From the NCBI GenBank assembly GCA_030619715.1, contig JAUXAW010000001.1, positions 3,195 to 67,194 on the forward strand: DNA of 64,000 nucleotides, written 5' to 3'. This document shows, one piece after another, positions 60,741 to 64,000 of the stretch (position 1 is the first letter of the stretch; the number at the start of each line of letters is the position of its first letter). This DNA is from a candidate division WWE3 bacterium. Lineage in GTDB: Bacteria; Patescibacteriota; WWE3; JAUXAW01. The notes beneath the pieces were generated by a model. It saw only the letters and a program-made list of their open reading frames with translations. It did not search any database and was not told the origin of the DNA. The translations under genes were made by a program, and so were the position numbers.

Positions 60741-62120
60741 AGGAACATAGACAACATTTCGACCGGAACCCCTGACGGCGAGAATCTCTCTCTCAACCAA
60801 GTTGTTCAATTCCAAAAATGCTGTCTTTCCCGACACTTCAAACAACCTACGATAATCTTTATTTGAAATCCGACCTTCCTTATTGACAAAATCAAGCGCG
60901 TTTCTCTGTCTCTCATTGAGTCCAGAGAGGTCCACCTTCGAAGTATCAACCCTCTTTTTATACGTCGGATCAAAAAGAGTGGTAATCACCGCCACGTTGA
61001 TGTCTTTCCAAATCGGATACTGCAACTTAAGCGGATAATTTTCAATTGTCTCGTAAATCCGGTCAACACCATTGCCAAACTCCTCGAGATATTTAACATC
61101 GTGGAGAACGCGAGCAATGGTTGGATTGCGTGAGCGTTGTGATTCGCGAAGATTCTCTGGTGTTATTCCCTCAAGAAAACTTCCCGGACTGTAAAACTCA
61201 ATTCGGTCGGCAAACATCTGAATCAAAATCCGTGAGCCGTAAATAGTGTAATCACGGTGGACAACGGCGTTAACAAGCAGCTCACGCAAGACAAAGTAGG
61301 GATAGACCGGCGTGTCTCGGCGGGCGATACCGACTTTGGGAATCTTGGAAATGACCTGAATATGTTCGCGCAGATACTGGTCGGCCTTGTCAATTTGGTC
61401 AAAAAGATTGCCAAAAAAATCTTTGGAATCAAGAATCGTATCGGTAATCGTGGCCTCGGGGTAGCGAACAACCGTCACATAGGCCTTGGGAATAAACTTT
61501 TGCGGTTCCTTGCCAAAGCTGAGAATTCCGGCGTTGGTCACCTCACCATCGGCAGTCAGGCAGCCGCGACCTTTTAAAATTTCCTCGTTCGAACCGTAAA
61601 GGCGGGCATCGTTAACGCTTTCGTATTTCTTTTTAAAATCCAAAATCGCTGCCTCGTCGATATCTGCCCATCTGGCCTCTGGACAAAGCTGCGAACCAAA
61701 AGCGTATTTCGCCTGCGAAAAGAGCAGCCGCTCGTATTCGCTACGACTCATCAACTTGGTCACACTTCCCGAACGTTTGAAGGGCTTTCCGTAAGCCAGA
61801 TGGGGTTTTTGCGTGCTGGGGGCAACTTCAACACTGATAATTTTTTTACCGTCAATTTCTGAAACAGTGATACGAGGATAGATAACCGGATCGGTGTTGT
61901 CCGTGATGGTGTTGGTCAGCTTTTCGATCGTGTTGTTGCCAATCTCGGCTCCCGAAACCTTGCCGTCGTCACTGACACCAATTAAGAGAATCCCACCGGC
62001 GCTGTTGGCGAAACTGGCGACGATTTCCACCAGCCGCCGCCGATCGGACGACGACGATTTAAACTCCAGCTGCTCCCCCTCCTTCTGCCCGATAATTTCC
62101 CGCAGATGTTCCTCACTCAT
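60735..62120 (-). CDS. AlbA_2 (Schlafen-like) + HATPase_c_4 + wHTH protein
   Basis: EGEQLEFK, SFANSAGG..IGVSDDG, RELLVNAVVHRDY, SPG, RNP, GNG, C-terminal HTH. Confidence 0.88.
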   Translation of the reverse strand: MSEEHLREIIGQKEGEQLEFKSSSSDRRRLVEIVASFANSAGGILLIGVSDDGKVSGAEIGNNTIEKLTNTITDNTDPVIYPRITVSEIDGKKIISVEVAPSTQKPHLAYGKPFKRSGSVTKLMSRSEYERLLFSQAKYAFGSQLCPEARWADIDEAAILDFKKKYESVNDARLYGSNEEILKGRGCLTADGEVTNAGILSFGKEPQKFIPKAYVTVVRYPEATITDTILDSKDFFGNLFDQIDKADQYLREHIQVISKIPKVGIARRDTPVYPYFVLRELLVNAVVHRDYTIYGSRILIQMFADRIEFYSPGSFLEGITPENLRESQRSRNPTIARVLHDVKYLEEFGNGVDRIYETIENYPLKLQYPIWKDINVAVITTLFDPTYKKRVDTSKVDLSGLNERQRNALDFVNKEGRISNKDYRRLFEVSGKTAFLELNNLVEREILAVRGSGRNVVYVPR

Positions 62121-62127
62121 ATGGACC

Positions 62128-62622
62128 TTATTCCTGCTGCTGCGCCTTGGCCTGCATTATCGCCTGAACAACTCTGCCATCCTCTTTGAGCCCTTCGATA
62201 AAGAGAATGTGTTTGCGATTGATGCGCATCTCGTCCATCGGCCCGTGCATCTCCTGTCCCAACTTGATCAGGGTGTACCCCGGTTGCTGTGCCTGCGCTC
62301 CCGGCGTCGCCTCGGGAGTTTGGGTCTGCAACGGGGGCTTAGTAATTAGGTAATAGATATCTCTGAGGACGACTTCGCTGGCATTAGCCTTAGCAATTTT
62401 TCCGAAGTAAACCTGGCCGTTGGACAAAAAAACCGCCTGATAATCGCCGCTGGCAATTTTTACATCCCGACCTTTCCAAAAGTAGTATCCACCACCGATA
62501 AGGAGAATCACCACCGCAACCACAATCAGAGGAAGAAATTTTTTGTTAGCGCCCTTCGCCGCCGTTGGGGTCAGTCCGCCAGGGGCGGATGGGGTCGTTG
62601 CCTGTTGTGAAAAAGTAACCAT
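62128..62622 (-). CDS. Membrane-anchored hypothetical protein with Sm-like beta domain
   Basis: TM, then YQAVFLSNGQVYFGKI...LRDIYY...INRKHILFIE. Confidence 0.7.
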   Translation of the reverse strand: MVTFSQQATTPSAPGGLTPTAAKGANKKFLPLIVVAVVILLIGGGYYFWKGRDVKIASGDYQAVFLSNGQVYFGKIAKANASEVVLRDIYYLITKPPLQTQTPEATPGAQAQQPGYTLIKLGQEMHGPMDEMRINRKHILFIEGLKEDGRVVQAIMQAKAQQQE

Positions 62623-62708
62623 TCCTAAATCACCCCCTATCGTTTTCCAGCATTTATTCTAATCCTCTAAAACGCCCCTGTCAACCCGTCAACCAGAACC
62701 ACTGACAT

Positions 62709-63965
62709 TCACTCGGAACGAAGCAGAAACTGCCAAAGAGGAAGAAGCTCTATCTCCGTGTCTCGAAAGCGCTCTTTTCTCGCCACACTTTTGGTCACAA
62801 TTTGCGCTCTTTGAACATCGGGAAACCTCTTCAAGAACAACTTCAAACCCAGCAATCTGTGATCATCCATCCTCAAATCCTCCACATATTTGGCCTCGAT
62901 CGGCAACGGCTCCTGATATGCCCCAACGACAAAATCTAATTCTCTTTGCGATTCGGCAAAATACCCCACCTCCTGACCCGTCCTCAAGAAATGAGCAAAA
63001 ATAGCGTTCTCCGCCTTAAAGCCCAAATCCTGCTCCCCGGTCAGAAGTGTCTTCAGCCCCGTGTCTAGAAGATAAATCTTCTTCTGCGCGTAAACTCTTT
63101 GACGGTGGGAGGTTGACCACTTAGTCATCTTCTTCACCAAAAAAGCGCTCTCCAAATATTCAATGTATTTTTTGACGGTATCTACGCTAACTTCCAAGGT
63201 ATTTGCCAATTTGTTGAAGCTGACTCGTGTCCCAACCGAGGACGTCAGCAGCAAAAACAAGTCTCGCGCAACCGTCAGATTTTTGATTGGATAAAGTCGA
63301 ACCAAATCCCGCAGGAAAATATCGTCTAACAACGCGTTGAGGTAATCGGTTGACGGGTTGAGAACATTCTCGGGGTAGCCGCCGACCTGCAAATATTCCT
63401 CCGCGTAGTTTTCGAGGAGATAACCTTCGGAAACCTTTGGCGCAATCTTTCTGAAATTGAGAAATTCAGAAAAACTCAGCGGATAAATGATTGTATTAAT
63501 TTGTCTGCCGGTGAGTTTTCCGCCGTGAGATTTTATCAAAGCCGACGTTGAACCGGAGCAAACAATTTTCAAGTTTTCGGTGTCATAAAGCGATTTTAGT
63601 TCTATTTCCCAGTTCGGTGTTTCTTGGACTTCGTCAAAGAAAAGCAGCACTCGCTCGTCGCGCGGCAGTGAAAATATCTGACGGAATTCCTCCAAGTGTT
63701 TGGAGATAGGCAACCCCACCGCCTGCGGATGATCGCAAGAAAGATAAAAAATCTTCTCTTTCCCAACCCCTATCTCCAACTGCCTCTTAATTATTTGTTT
63801 TAAAAAAGTCGTCTTCCCCACACGACGGCTTCCGACGACAATCTCTATTTGGGGGCGATCAAACCTTGCCAGTATTTTTTCGAGGTAATCCTCTCGAGGA
63901 AACCCCGTCTTGAAGTCCCTACCCTCCCACCACGGATTAAGGGAAAAATAGGCCTGTCTGTCCAT
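62709..63965 (-). CDS. AAA_14 ATPase with DUF4143
   Basis: GSRRVGKT, FFDEVQ, SGS, GGYP, KKIYLLDTG, EN, ELDFV, IEAK. Confidence 0.9.
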   Translation of the reverse strand: MDRQAYFSLNPWWEGRDFKTGFPREDYLEKILARFDRPQIEIVVGSRRVGKTTFLKQIIKRQLEIGVGKEKIFYLSCDHPQAVGLPISKHLEEFRQIFSLPRDERVLLFFDEVQETPNWEIELKSLYDTENLKIVCSGSTSALIKSHGGKLTGRQINTIIYPLSFSEFLNFRKIAPKVSEGYLLENYAEEYLQVGGYPENVLNPSTDYLNALLDDIFLRDLVRLYPIKNLTVARDLFLLLTSSVGTRVSFNKLANTLEVSVDTVKKYIEYLESAFLVKKMTKWSTSHRQRVYAQKKIYLLDTGLKTLLTGEQDLGFKAENAIFAHFLRTGQEVGYFAESQRELDFVVGAYQEPLPIEAKYVEDLRMDDHRLLGLKLFLKRFPDVQRAQIVTKSVARKERFRDTEIELLPLWQFLLRSE

Positions 63966-64000
63966 AATGGCAATATTTTAACTCAAATCGAAGCTTTTGT

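Overview
Bacterial chromosome segment, most likely Patescibacteria/CPR (Microgenomates/WWE3-like). This is inferred from the reduced dcw cluster, alpha2-type GlyRS, type-2 IleRS, two DUF4012 proteins and near-leaderless promoters. The code is standard (TGA is used as stop). Left to right: the 5' part of ileS (GVHH instead of HIGH); tdk; a nucleotide-handling cassette (XRE-HTH/deoxynucleoside-kinase fusion, divergent C5-cytosine methyltransferase, ATP-cone stub, DUF1599-like protein); the dcw cluster (mraZ to ftsZ), interrupted by a GxxExxY nuclease gene and an antisense, highly structured cold-shock-domain island; glyQS-recO; a ~33 kb surface-glycan locus with many GTs, Wzx, Wzy/ligase, two sulfotransferases and an NTase/APS-kinase fusion; a TMTC-like GT-C module; and AlbA/Schlafen and AAA-DUF4143 genes. 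Heptamer tandem repeats and short palindromes sit in-frame in many housekeeping genes. No rRNA, tRNA, CRISPR or integrase was seen. All family calls come from reading motifs by eye; no searches were run.
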